Positions 13,301 through 24,663 are shown, counted from the first letter of the stretch. The stretch is DNA of 64,000 nucleotides from Felis catus (GCF_018350175.1 NC_058370.1:90582001-90646000); one strand, 5' to 3'. The notes: generated by a model not told the origin, from the sequence alone. A program made the numbers and translations.

Positions 13301-14090
13301 CTATGCCCTGTCAGGAAAGCCCTTTGTCCAGTCTTCACATACCTTCATATCCTTCAGGTCTCAGTTCATGATCTCATTGCAAAGACTTTCTCTGACCTCC
13401 ACACTGAATGCTGCCTTCCCTACCTGATGTGTGTTACATCCCATTTTCGCCATCATTTCACTGTGTGAGATGATTTACGTGTTTGCATGTTTATATGTTC
13501 CCCCAGGTGAATGGGCCTTTCCTGTCTGGTTCACTGAGGTATCCCATGGTCTAGAAAGGAGCCTGACATATAGAGGTATTCAATAAAGGTGTTTAAGAAT
13601 AAATAAAGGAACAAACAGCTCCCTGCCATCTCCAGGGCCAACAGAATTCTTACATCCTGATGCAGAGCCCCCCTCCCCTTCTCTAGCAAGGCCACAGCCT
13701 TCCTACAAACCTCTCTTACATCAAAGGCCTCTCTTCTTTCCACACTTAAATGACCCCCTCCAAAACACACATCCACACCCACTCACAGAGTTTTCAGAAA
13801 CAGGTGTAAAGACCCTTCTGCCAACATAATGCTCTGCTCAACAGAACTGAGTGTAGGTCCACACACAGCATCTAACACAAGGCATACAGAACCACCTGGC
13901 CCTCTCCCCACTTTGAGCAGGTCCCACCCTCCCTCCTCAGCCCCAGCAGGGCTGCGCGGGGGCAAACTGAGGCTGGGGTGCATGCACAGGAGGTGTACTC
14001 CGGGGGTGGGGGCGTTACCTCCAGGCTGAGCGCCATCTGTCGAATGTAGAGCATATTCAGGTCCTCCAGGATGTGCAATCTGTCCTGCAT
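1551..14090 (-). CDS. RTKN: Rhotekin (RhoA effector; HR1/RBD, anillin-homology and PH domains, C-terminal PDZ ligand QSPV), isoform starting MQDRLHILEDLN, 551 aa
   Basis: Coding exons in transcript order: 14019-14090, 7586-7785, 5789-5850, 5638-5691, 5425-5542, 4995-5204, 4153-4247, 3940-4046, 3578-3706, 2738-2906, 2470-2574, 1551-1885. All GT-AG, phases consistent, total 1656 nt. Peptides DTELQRKLDHEIRMREGACKLL, DLRIPLMWKDTEYFKNK and TWLQSPV* match rhotekin. Confidence 0.97.
4385..4610 (-). mobile_element. MIR SINE fragment
   Basis: atagatgagacagcttgagggttagagaagttaagaaatttgcccc...gaatttgaactc resembles the reverse-complemented MIR core; ends approximate. Confidence 0.65.
7275..7309 (+). 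repeat. (AGCC)8 tetranucleotide microsatellite
   Basis: Direct reading. Confidence 0.95.
8141..8351 (-). mobile_element. Can-SINE (SINEC_Fc-like)
   Basis: tRNA-like head, (GA)n linker, T-rich tail on + strand; degenerate TSD cattgcaacatt/cattataacatt. Confidence 0.92.
8548..8773. other. N-run (226 nt), intronic
   Basis: Direct reading. Confidence 1.
9480..9640 (+). mobile_element. MIR SINE fragment
   Basis: ggtttcttcatctgtaaaatgaggatg...gtaaagcacctagcacaatgcccagcacatag. Confidence 0.7.
11849..12007. mobile_element. MER3-like hAT-Charlie non-autonomous DNA transposon
   Basis: cttgaaatgtggctagagc...tttaaatagccacatgtaactag matches the recalled MER3 internal palindrome. Confidence 0.7.
12087..12308 (-). 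mobile_element. Can-SINE (SINEC_Fc-like)
   Basis: Full length; TSD gagcatcttt at 12077-12086 and 12309-12318. Confidence 0.95.
12430..13610 (+). mobile_element. L2 LINE 3' fragment, split by a SINE
   Basis: Ends in a typical L2 tail: ttcactgaggtatccc...ctagaaaggagcctgacatatagaggtattcaataaa...aataaataaa. Confidence 0.7.
12920..13140 (+). mobile_element. Can-SINE (SINEC_Fc-like)
   Basis: Full length; 15-bp TSD aaaaccttgcatggg at 12903-12917 and 13141-13155. Confidence 0.95.
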
Positions 14091-15719
14091 CTTTGTGCCC
14101 CCACTGCCCCTTCCCTTGTGGACCCCTCCAGAGGGGGGGTGCTGGACAGGCACCACGCTGCTCCACAATTCCTCCTCCCGCTGCTTCCCTGGTCTTGAAA
14201 GAAGTGGGCAGAGGGCAGAGGCTGCCCTCGTCCCTCTGCACTCCTGATACAACCCTCTGGCAGCTGTGACAAACTTCCCTTGCCTACCACTGTTCCAGAG
14301 TCCTGGTGGGAGCCAGGCATGGGAAGAAAGGAAAGCGAGGTGAGAGTGAGGAAGGTCCCAGGAAGGGAGGCCAGCTGCAGAGGGGGCTCTGGGCACAGAG
14401 TGTCCAGTCTTGCTTTGGTGGCAGCTGTTCTCCCAGCTGTGGAAGAAAAAGGCCCTTTCATTCCGACTCTGGCCCCTCCCCAGCCCCCGCCCACATCCCT
14501 GGCCTGGTGGACAGAGAGTCTGTGTGCCGGTAGGGCCTGAGGGGCAGGCACAGCTGGAAGGGGGCAGGGAGGGGACGCTCACGCAGGTTTTACAGAGTTG
14601 TGGGTTTGGGCAGCAGGTCAGAGCTTTCTGAGAGGGGTTCTCACTCTCAGAAAGAAGAGGGATGGAGGTGAGGACTTGACTGGTGAGCCCAGGGAGCGGG
14701 ACAAAGGGGTACACTGGGCCCAACCCCCAGGGCCACCTCTTCCAACTTGGGGCCCTTATCCAGCCCGCCCCACCCTGGGCTCACAATTACCTCGCTTTTC
14801 CAGAAGAAGGGAGGAGAGGGCGGGAGAAAGGCAGGGGTGTGCCTGTCTGCTGCTGCCCCCGCTCCCCTCTGCGGGCCCCTTCCCTTCCAGACAGGAAACC
14901 AGCCCCGATTCCCAGCTGCAGCTTTGCCCCCCCCCCCCCCTCCCGCCCCACCACCTCCAACCCGGCCCACGGAGTCACACTCCCCTCAGCGGCCGGCGGG
15001 CCCTGCGACTCCGCCCCGGCTCCTTTGGCTCCTCTGCTCTGGCCCCTTAGGCCCAGCTTATCCCAGGGGCGGCCCCAGCCCACAGGCCCCTCCTCTTGGT
15101 CCCCAGGCCTCGCCTCTCCCTCCCCCACGCTGGTCACACGCTGGGTTGCTCGTGAGGAACCCGACAAAGCCCCTCTCCCCCAGGTCCACTGGCTTCTGAG
15201 TCAGAGAAGGCCCGGGACACCGGGACGTGGATGTGAAAGGGCCTTTGTTCTGGGCAGGCTGGGGGGAAAGGGCAGAAGCCAGGCCTGGAATCTCGGCCCC
15301 GGAGGGAGAGGGGGGCGGGAGGAAGGCCCCCTCACTTAACCCTTTACAGGTCCTGCAGGGAAGGAGAGGTGACCTTGGGGACAGCCTCTTTGCTGTCGCT
15401 ACTGCCCTCGGTCCTAACTCAGGCCCACAACGTTCAGCCGCTCCCAAGCCTCTATGGGGAGTTACAGGTAGGGCTCAGACTAGGTAGGTAATGGGGTAGA
15501 GCCGAAATTGTGACTAGAGACTGGGCTGCAAAGTTTTGGTGTGGTAAACGCCCAAATCATTAAAAGGGACTCCCCCGCCCCACCACACACACTCCCAGCC
15601 CTTCAGGGGCACAGAGGAGCAGTTGGGGAGGGCTTCAGCGACTAAGTGGTCAGACCTGGCCTAGAAGTCGAGTTGGTGATGAAGGCTGTCCCAGATGGTT
15701 GAGACAGGTTGTGAGATAG

Positions 15720-16700
15720 GGCTGGCGGCCGAGGAAGAAGAGGGAGCCCAAACGAATCCGAGCTGTTTGCGGCCCGCCTACCTGCTCACCGCCCTTCGCC
15801 GCGGGATGCGCAGGATAGGCCGGGTCCAGGCACACTTTGGGAATCGAGCCTGCGGACCCTTAAACTCAAGCCAACCCGGAGTTTTTCCAGGCAGAGACAA
15901 GTCATCCCAACTGGTCAGGGAGTGCCGGGGGTGGCACGGGTTCGATTAACTTTCAGACGGTGCGCGCCTCACTTCTGAAGTCAACAACAACCGGTTAGAA
16001 CCCAGACCGCGGCGTCTCCGCCCCTCGGCGTGCGCGCGGGCGGGGGCGGGGGGCCGAGGGCAGCCCGGGCTGCAGGAGCCGGGGGAAGGGGGAGGCCGGG
16101 ACGCGGGTCTNNNNNNNNNNNNNNNNNNNNNNNNNNNNNNNNNNNNNNNNNNNNNNNNNNNNNNNNNNNNNNNNNNNNNNNNNNNNNNNNNNNNNNNNNN
16201 NNNNNNNNNNNNNNNNNNNNNNNNNNNNNNNNNNNNNNNNNNTTACCTGCTCTGTGAGTTCCCGGAGCCGCCAGCTGTGTCCGATCTCGTCCGCTTCTGT
16301 TCCTCGACGTCCGCCCGCCAGTCCGGCTGGGAATCTCCCGCAGCCGGGTTCCCAAACTCCGCCCCCGGAGACGACACCTGGGCTGGGCAGGGCGCGGCAC
16401 CCTCCTTCTCCACCCCCGCCAAAGGCCCGGCCGGCCGAGCCAGTCCCGAGGCACCAAGCAGTCCTGGCCCGACAACCCACAGCCAGGCACCCTACACTGC
16501 TCAAACACTGCGGGGGCGCGTCATCCGGTCGCGCCCAGGTCTCAGGCGCCTCACCTGGGAAAGGGGCGGACCCAGGGAAGCCCCGCCCCGCCCGCCTCCC
16601 CCACCTGGCAAGCCCCACTACCTGCGCGCGGAAAATCCCGTGGCCACCTGGGGTCACTGCGTGGCACACTGCGGTTCTAGCCGAGCCCCGGGACCGTCCC
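15720..16700. promoter_or_regulatory. CpG island, distal RTKN promoter
   Basis: Very high GC and CpG density, GC boxes, G-runs at 16037-16107; upstream of the RTKN coding exons. Confidence 0.8.
16111..16242. other. N-run (132 nt) in the RTKN promoter island
   Basis: Direct reading. Confidence 1.
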
Positions 16701-16864
16701 CAGTTCCACACCAAGCAGCTTCTGAAGTGATCGTTTCAACTTCCTACAGTCCCAATGTCTCTTCGTCCCCCTCCCGCTTTAGGTCCTCCATTCGCTACCT
16801 GCCCATCCACCCAATCCCGGGGCCATGCTTAAGCATGTTTTGGAATCCTGTTCTGTCAATTACT

Positions 16865-17030
16865 AACTGTGGAGCCTTGACTCAGTCTTGAACTGAGCTT
16901 CAGTTTTCTCATCTGTTCAATGGGGGTATAGTAATTATCTCCATTCCTCCGGTTGCTATGAGGATTCCATATGAGAATGGGTGTAAGATGCCCAGCATAG
17001 TGTCTGACATAAAGCAATTGCCCCAAAAGT
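16865..17030 (+). mobile_element. MIR SINE fragment
   Basis: gagcttcagttttctcatctgttcaatggggg...atgcccagcatagtgtctgacata. Confidence 0.65.
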
Positions 17031-17429
17031 GGAGCTATGAAGACAAAGGAGCAGGTGCAGCACTCTTGTGTCCTTGGATGGGGCACAGGTGACCTCAGCG
17101 CTCTGGACCCAGATCATAAGTGCCTTATGAGGGTGAGTTGATCATTGACCTCAATGTTGACTATTTTTCAGCTGCTTTGCTGGATGGGCAAGACAGGATT
17201 AACACTCTCAGTCTGTGCAGAAGAGGGGGCCCTCCTCACCCCACAGAGCCTAGTGAGAGAGAAAGAAATGGCAGAGTATTAGCTTGCTGACCACACTGAT
17301 TAGTCTTTTGGGGATTCTAGAACTTACTGGAGAGAACTTGATAGATTAATAAAATTAAATAAATAAGTGAATAAATCTTGAGAGTAAATCTCCTTCATAG
17401 CAGATGGGCTGGAGTCGGAGAAATAGTAG

Positions 17430-18030
17430 CCTTTAACTTTAGAGAGGACAGAATTGCTCTGCTATGGCAAATTACTCAAATGTTCTTCTAGAAAACCTGA
17501 CTTAAGATTACTTCAGCAAAAGGGGAAATTTCTTGTCTTAAGGAACTAAAATATCCAGAGGCCAGGCTTTAGATGTGGCTTGACTCGGGCATTCAGTGTC
17601 CCAAGGATCCTGCCTCTTCCCGTCATCTACCTCTACTTTGCTCCACATTGGCTTCACCCTCCACAGCATGAGATTGTTTCCAAAAATTCTGGGTCTATAA
17701 CTTTTCAGGCTTAAATTCAGGGAAAAAGACAGCATCTGTTTCCTGAACATCCTACCCATGTCTTGGATTCACTATGGGCCATCTGGGATCATTTGTCCAA
17801 CCTCTGTAGCCAGAGGGGTCGACCGACCTGAACCAATCACTGTGGCTAAGGGAGGATTCTACATGCCAGTCGACCAGGCCTGGGTCACTTGCCCACTCCC
17901 AGAGACCAATTGGAACCTATTGACCAAGGAGAGGAGGGAAGGGAGAGGTGGTTTCCCAAAGACTGTTTCAGTACTACCACCAGAAGGTGAGGGAATGGAT
18001 GCTGGAGAGGAAAACAGCAAACAGCCTTGA
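17430..18030 (-). mobile_element. Probable MLT1 (ERVL-MaLR) LTR fragment
   Basis: ccaatcactgtggc...ggcctgggtcacttgcccactccc...gaatggatgctgg resembles MLT1 LTRs; ends approximate. Confidence 0.45.
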
Positions 18031-18149
18031 TATACAGTTACATGGAGAAGGGAATTCTTCTGGTCAGTAGGAAAGTCCGATCAGAAGATTTTATAAAATC
18101 CATGGCCTCTGAGATAAACCTCAAAGGGTGGGTGAGGAGAGGGAAGGGG

Positions 18150-18304
18150 AAAGGCTTTGGGTTTTTTGTTTTGTTTTTTTAGTGTTGTTGTTTCATTTTT
18201 GTTTTTTTTAGTAAACTCTACCCCCAATGTGGGGCTCAAACTCACGACCTCATGATTAAGAGTCACCATCATATGCTCTACTGACTGAACCAGCCAGGCA
18301 CCCC
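18150..18304 (-). mobile_element. Short or older Can-SINE
   Basis: aatgtggggctcaaactcacgacc...ctactgactgaaccagccaggcacccc with T-rich tail. Confidence 0.85.
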
Positions 18305-18344
18305 AGAATTGTTTCTTATTTCCTCAAATATCTATTGTCATTCT

Positions 18345-18557
18345 TTTTTTTTTTTAATTTTTAAATGTTTATTTATTTTTGAGAAACAGGGGAAGAGTGC
18401 CGGCAGGGGAGGCACAGAGAGAGAGGGAGACAGAGGATCGGAAGCAGGCTCTGCGCTAACAGCAGTGAGCCCAATGCGGGGCTTGAACTCATGAACAATG
18501 AGATCATAACCTGAGCTGAAGTCAGATGCTTAATAGACTGAGCCACCCAGGCGCCCC
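18345..18557 (-). mobile_element. Can-SINE
   Basis: Full length; 14-bp TSD tctattgtcattct at 18331-18344 and 18558-18571. Confidence 0.95.
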
Positions 18558-18775
18558 TCTATTGTCATTCTCCTTAACTGTAAGTTCCCCAGGGAGGAAC
18601 AATCTGGCTTGTCAACTGCTTTATGCCCTGTGCCCGGCACAAAGGAAGTACTCAATCAACCATCATTGAAGTAAATGAATACAGGAAATGCCTCAAGTCA
18701 ACATGCAGATTTGAGAGTACCTGACTAGGATGAGCCATGCTGTTGGACTAAAAGTGTTCATTTCAAACACTGGTT

Positions 18776-18820
18776 GTTTTGTTTTGTTTTGTTTTGTTTT
18801 GTTTTGTTTTGTTTTGTTTT
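18776..18820 (+). repeat. (TTTTG)n pentanucleotide microsatellite
   Basis: Direct reading. Confidence 0.95.
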
Positions 18821-19328
18821 AGCAACAGAATGAAATCTTACCTGGAATATGTGAAATAGAAGCAAGCAGCTGCTGTGATGGAAGCAGGGCTGGAGCCTCA
18901 AGCACTGTCCTCTCCACAGGCCCTCAGCTGCCCTGCACCCCACCCCGGGGAGCTTGTGCTCTCCCTCTCTGGAAGGGTTTGAAAACCCCTGCAAGAGGTG
19001 GAGGAATGGAAGACGTCTGGAAAGGAAGTGGAGCTCACATCCTGCCTGAGAATCTGAATTCCATGTGACTGAAGATTTTACAAAAGGAGTGGGATAGCTA
19101 GAGTTGTATTTTAGAGATCATAATCCGGCAGCCTCTTTCATAAATCAGTTGGAGGAGGTTGTGACGGGTCAGGGAAGCCAGTTGACACTGTGCGTGAATA
19201 GGAGTGGAGAAACAAGTTTTGTGGATTGATTTATTTTTTAAATTAAATTCTTATTTGAAAACACACATACAGTTAGAAAAAAAAAACTAATGTACTCCTA
19301 ATTTGACATTTAAAAATAATACAAAATA

Positions 19329-19545
19329 TGGGGTGCCTGGATGTCCCAGTTGGTTAAGGGTCTGAGTCTTGATCTCAGCTCAGGTCTTGATCTCATAGCC
19401 TTGAGTTGAAGCCCTGAATTGGGCTCCCCACTGGGTGTGAGGCCTACTTAAAAATAAAATAAAATAAAATAAAGTAAAATAGAATAGAATACAATAGAAT
19501 AAAATATAAAATAAAAATAATATAAAGTAAAAAATAAATGAATAA
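19329..19545 (+). mobile_element. Older Can-SINE with degenerate (AAAAT)n tail
   Basis: ggggtgcctggatgtcccagttggttaagg... followed by about 95 nt of AAAAT-like repeats. Confidence 0.88.
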
Positions 19546-19579
19546 AAGCATGCCTTCCTCAGCATCAGAGAAAAACATT

Positions 19580-19808
19580 GAGACATTTAGTGCCATGGCG
19601 TACTGAGGCCTCACACTAGCTCATAAGAGACAACTGCTAAATTGTCTAGAATTGTGCATTTCAGGTGTTAAACACAGCTTTGATTAAAAATTAAATCTAA
19701 AACCTCACAAATAAATTCTATTAAAGCAAAGGTGACAAATACTCAAAATTCATCACTTCCTCATTTCACTATTTTTCTATTATCTGTTGAGGTTATTTGT
19801 ATCAATAG

Positions 19809-19850
<42 letters not shown>

Positions 19851-20020
19851 GGAAATGCTATGTCTCTTCCTAAATTCCTGTGTTCCATCATGTCACATTT
19901 GAAATTGGGCATGGTGAGAGTAGTTACACAACAGAAACAGGTGAACACCATAAATCAGGGCTGGGTTTTTTTCTTTTCTCTCGGGGAGCTTTTGTTAAAA
20001 ATTTACCAGCGTACTACTGG
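19580..20020. mobile_element. MER63-like hAT-Blackjack DNA transposon relic containing a (CA)n repeat
   Basis: ttaaacacagc...attaaaaattaaat...aaatactcaaaattcatcacttcct...gaaattgggcatggtg...aaatcagggct...aaaatttaccagcgtactactg matches the recalled MER63 consensus. Confidence 0.65.
19811..19848 (+). repeat. (CA)n dinucleotide microsatellite, about 19 units
   Basis: Direct reading. Confidence 0.97.
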
Positions 20021-21205
20021 TTGGTTGCATAATCTTTCCAACTTTTTCCTTTACTTATGTCTGTGTCTCTGTCTCTCCAACTATGAAGTAGATATCTGGA
20101 GAAAGGGTTGTCAGTCACCTGGTGTTCAAATCATCCTCCTATTTCTGCATGGTCCCCTACTGTGGACAATATTGGTAGGCTGAGGCTCTACCCTCATTAT
20201 GGCATCTGGAGAAGGTTATTCATCCTCTCTCACACTTCTTCACAGCTCAGGGATAAGCGCTTGGCCTAAGCCAACCAACTGGAATGCTCCCAACTGGACT
20301 TTGAATCTTGAACAAGTGAAAACAAGACCCAGGGAGAGTTCATGATATAATCATTGCACCTGCAGCCCATGGGGAGCAGGTGGCTCTGCCAACAGGGAAA
20401 TCCTCATCAGCAGGTTCCGGTGGTGTCATTGGTGTAGCTCAGTGCCACCTCAGCCACATGTTCCTACTTCCTGGCCTCTCTTGGTTCCCACCCTTTTCAA
20501 AGGAAAGGACAAGATGAGCCCAAAACTTTTTGTAGTGTTAGGAAGTAAAAAAGTGCTCAAAGAACGATGGAGACATGTCAAAAGAACCCAGAAATCATCT
20601 TAAAGAAATGCCCACTGACCAAACCTGGGACATGTTTCAGCCTCAAAATGAATAATAATACTAATGGATTACAACCCACTGACTGAAACAGAAAATGATA
20701 TAAATAATTCATATGTAAAGAAAAGAAAGCACCCCTTCACAGTAGCATGCCCACTAATAATACATGTAGATGCAATAATGGAAGTAGAAAGATTACGTTG
20801 GCAATTATTACATATTGTTGATTCACAGAGTATTTGTCAATGGATACTAAGCCTGGTAGATGGAGGTTTGATGGGGAACAGGATTATCAGAGTAGTTTCA
20901 AAGTATATCCCCAGAAAATAACTCATTAATTACAGAAGTGAACAATGGAGACTTTACAGTGGAGAACACTGACAGACACCACTGTGACCAGGTGATCAAG
21001 GTTAGCGTCATCAATAGTGAGACAGGCTGATACCATGTGCCTCCTGATGTGATACACTGAGAAGAACACAGCACAGTCTTCTTTGTGTAGTATTCCGGCC
21101 AACAATTATGAATCTAGACATGAGGAAACACCAGATGCATCCAGGTTGAGGGGCATCCTAAGGAACCAAAGGCCTGTTCCCCCCTTTTTTAAAGATTTCA
21201 TTTTG

Positions 21206-21413
21206 GGGGTGCCTGAGTGACTCAGTTGGTTAAGCATCTGACTCTTGGTTTTGGCTCAGGTCATGATCTCATGGTTTGTGGGTTCGAGCCCTGCATTAGT
21301 CTCCATACTGACAATGCCACAGCCTTCTTGGGATTCTCTCTTTCCCTCCCCTACCTCTCTCTCTGCCCTTCCCCCACTTGCACATGCGTGCTCTCTCTTT
21401 CTCAAAAATAAAG
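21206..21413 (+). mobile_element. Can-SINE
   Basis: tRNA-like head, CT linker, short A tail. Confidence 0.9.
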
Positions 21414-21419
21414 ACACTT

Positions 21420-21596
21420 GTGGCACCTGGTGGCTCAGTTGGTTAAGCAACTAACTCTTGATTTTAGCTCAGGTCATGATCTTGTGGTTCATGAGTTTGA
21501 GCCCCATGGTGGTCTCCATGCTAACGGCACAGAGCATGCTTGGGATTTTCTCTCTCTGCCCCTCTCCTACTCTCTCTTTCTTAAAATAAATAAATA
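21420..21596 (+). mobile_element. Can-SINE (directly after the previous copy)
   Basis: tggcacctggtggctcagttggttaagc...aaaataaataaata. Confidence 0.9.
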
Positions 21597-21601
21597 CGCA
21601 T

Positions 21602-21717
21602 TTTTAAAAATTTTGTTTTTAAGTAATCTCTACACTCAATGTGGGGCTCAAATTTACAACCCTGAGGTCAAGAGTTGCATGCTCTACCAAATGAGCCTGA
21701 GCCAGTCAAGAGCCCCC
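21602..21717 (-). mobile_element. Short or older Can-SINE
   Basis: aatgtggggctcaaatttacaacctgaggtcaagagttgcatgctctacc. Confidence 0.8.
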
Positions 21718-21735
21718 AAAGGTCTGTACTCTTTA

Positions 21736-21948
21736 TCTATTTTTTATTTATTTAATGTTTATTTATTTTTGAGAGAGACAGAGTGCAAGCTGGGGAGGGA
21801 CAGAGAGAGGGAGACACAGAATCTGAAACAGGCTCCAGGCTCTGAGCTGTCAGCACAGAGCCCCACATGGGGCTTGAACCCACGAACCATGAGATCATGA
21901 CCTGAGCTGAAGTTGGAAGCTTACCTGACTGAGCCACCCAAGTGCCCC
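21736..21948 (-). mobile_element. Can-SINE (SINEC_Fc-like)
   Basis: 16-bp TSD aggtctgtactcttta at 21720-21735 and 21949-21964. Confidence 0.95.
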
Positions 21949-22589
21949 AGGTCTGTACTCTTTAAAATTGTCAAGGTCATGAAATATATGGAAAGAGTGC
22001 AGAAATGTTCCAGATTAAAGTAAATCAAAGAGATACAATAAGAAAATGTAATGCATGATTCCGGATTTGGATTCTGGGCTAGAAAGGAAAAGAAGACATT
22101 GGGCAGCTGGTCAAACTTGAATGCCCTCTGTGGATTGGATGGTCACGTTCTATCAATGTTAATTTCCTGATTGGGAGGGTTGCACAAAGGTTATAGAACA
22201 GAGTACTTGTTTGGTGATATATTTAAGGGGGAAATGGCATCATGTCTGCAACTTTGAGATCAGAAAAGAAGTAATGATAATGAGGGGGAGGGGTAATGAC
22301 AAATGTTAACAATCGCAGAATCTGATTTTAGGAAGTAAGAGAGTCCTTTGTATTCTTCCTGCAACTTTTCTGTATGTTTGCGATTATTACAAAATAAATT
22401 ATATTTTTAAAATAAGACCAAGAACTCTTTCAGAAGAACAAAGTTCTTCCTTTTAGCCTACAAACATGCTTAAATCTCTTCTGAACAAAGCAAAACCAAA
22501 CCAAAACAAAATAACGAAGCTAGCAGCTACTTGCTGTTGCCACTTGCTCCCTGCTGGGCATCAGGATGTTGAGGAAATACCACTGAGCC

Positions 22590-22780
22590 TGGTGTCAGGA
22601 AGCCTCTGTTGGAGGCTGGCTCAACACTCCCTAACTATGTGACTTTGACTAAATCATTTAACCTCTCTGAGCCTCAGTTTCTTCATGAGGTAACAATAGT
22701 AGCTCTTACAGAGCTGCCATGGAGATCAAGGGAGAGAAGGGATATGAAAGCAGGTTATAAATTATACTGTGTTTGACAAA
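22590..22780 (+). mobile_element. MIR SINE
   Basis: ctatgtgactttgactaaatcatttaacctctctgagcctcagtttcttcat. Confidence 0.75.
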
Positions 22781-23815
22781 TACTAACTGTAGGTGGTCCC
22801 TCACTTTAACCCCTGGTGATACAGGACTATTGCCTTCACACCTGCTAGAATGCATCTCCTTCTAGGAGCTCAGCCTGCCCTCTGCAGGACTACACATAAC
22901 TGATCACAGCCTTCATCTGTTGAAGTATGACTTTCTTGCCCTCTTTTGGCCTCTTCTTCTCAACTCTGCCTGGCCACTCTGCCTGCCTATCCAGGACAGA
23001 TGATCACTCAGATCTGTTCCTGGTCTTTTCCTCTTCATCTGCTTGTTCATTCTGGAATGTCTCATCTACTCCCATGCTTTTGGGGGCACCTCTGTTTCTA
23101 TGCTGATGACACCCATACTCACACCTTTTGCACTGGCTTCTCCTGTCAGTATTCCATCTCCATCTGGGCATTCACTCAGGCATTTCAAATTCACCTTGGG
23201 CAACAATAACTGATTCTCATACTTTCTTCTCTTCCTATGTTCACTTTCTTATTTAAAACACTACGCTCCCTCTAAATACTTGGGCCAGAAATGCAGAAGT
23301 CAAGTATTGTTGTTGTCATTTGGTTATTGAACATCTACTATTTTCCAGGTACAAAGTACCTTGCATTCTTGATTCACTTTTTTTCCTTGAAAGAGCCCTC
23401 TAAAGTAAATCCTACTTCATTCCATCTTACAAAGCTGAAATCTAGGGTTCAGAAAGCTTAAATAACTTTTTAGTTCAAGATTATACAGCTAATAAATAGT
23501 GGAACTATTTTTTTTATAATAGGATAGTCTGGCTCCAAAGTCCATTCTGTTAATCTTAATCATTATACAACATTGACTGCTTCGTGAATTCTCATATATA
23601 ATTTCATTGATTCCTTTTAATTTTGTCACTGAAATGTCTCTTGAATCAGTTCTTTCTTTGTTCCCTGATGCTATCTAGTTCAGACACACATCTTGTACAT
23701 ACTTAAACATTTGTATATAGGTGGTACATTTTTCTATTTATAAATATGATATATACTGGCTGTAAGAAAATTCATCACAGATCTAGGTAGTAGAAGTTCC
23801 CCAACTCCAACTTCT

Positions 23816-24031
23816 TTTTTTTTTTTTTCAACCTTTATTTTATTTTTGGGACAGAGAGAGACAGAGTATGAACGGGGGATGGGCAGAGAGAGAGGGAGAC
23901 ACAGAACCGGAAACAGGCTCCAGGCTCTGAGCCATCAGCCCAGAGCCTGACGCCGGGCTCGAACTCACAGACCGCGAGATCGTGACCTGGCTGAAGTCGG
24001 ACGCTTAACCGACTGCGCCACCCAGGCGCGC
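23816..24031 (-). mobile_element. Young SINEC_Fc copy
   Basis: CpG-rich, diagnostic gagccatcagcccagagcc and ctggctgaagtcggacgcttaaccgactgcgcc; TSD ccaac(t/c)ccaacttct. Confidence 0.95.
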
Positions 24032-24131
24032 CCCCCCCCCCCAACCCCAACTTCTAAAGATAACCACAATTAAGGTGTAGTATGCATTCCTCATTTTTTT
24101 TCTATGTATATAGAAGCATATTACAGTTTTT

Positions 24132-24359
24132 ATTTTTTAAAAAAAATTTTTTTTCAACATTTATTTATTTTTTGGGGACAGAGAGAGACAGAGCATGAAC
24201 GGGGGAGGGGCAGAGAGAGAGGGAGACACAGAGTCGGAAACAGGCTCCAGGCTCCGAGCCATCAGCCCAGAGCCCGACGCGGGGCTCGAACTCACGGACC
24301 GCGAGATCGTGACCTGGCTGAAGTCGGACGCTTAACCGACTGCGCCACCCAGGCGCCCC
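24132..24359 (-). mobile_element. Young SINEC_Fc copy
   Basis: CpGs intact; perfect 14-bp TSD atattacagttttt at 24118-24131 and 24361-24374. Confidence 0.97.
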
Positions 24360-24449
24360 AATATTACAGTTTTTAAATGCAATCACATCATATTGAAACT
24401 CACCTTTCTTATTTCATATATCAGCACATACAGATCTACTTTGTTGTTC

Positions 24450-24663
24450 TTTTTAAAAACTATTTTTTATTTAAAAAAATTAATGTTTACTTATTTTTGG
24501 GAGGGGGGAGGAAGGGGCAGAGAGAGGGAGACAGAGGATCTGAAGCAGACTCTGCACTGACAGCAGAGAGCCTGATATGGGGCTCAAAGTCATGAACCAT
24601 ACAATCACGACCTTAGTTAGCTGAAGTCTGTCGCTTAACCGACTGAGCCAGCCAGGCACCCCA
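24450..24663 (-). mobile_element. Can-SINE (older)
   Basis: ggcagagagagggagacagaggatctgaagcagactctg...gactgagccagccaggcacccc. Confidence 0.88.

Larger units (their letters stand above)
20510..22420 (+). mobile_element. Old L1 (L1MC/L1MD-like) 3' region interrupted by four SINEs
   Basis: Typical L1M 3'UTR phrases (tttacagtggagaa...gaccaggtgatcaaggtta, tgtcaaggtcatgaaa, tatcaatgttaatttcctgatt); ends approximate. Confidence 0.6.

Noticed and set aside
13531-13782. ORF containing ALEM, echoing RTKN ...SALEMEF
   Set aside because: Four-residue coincidence at the end of an L2 fragment; no further similarity or splice signals
13872-15447. Long ORFs (283, 218, 164, 150 aa) around the RTKN proximal promoter
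   Set aside because: GC-rich low-complexity frames, mostly without ATG starts; only the MQDRL segment has support
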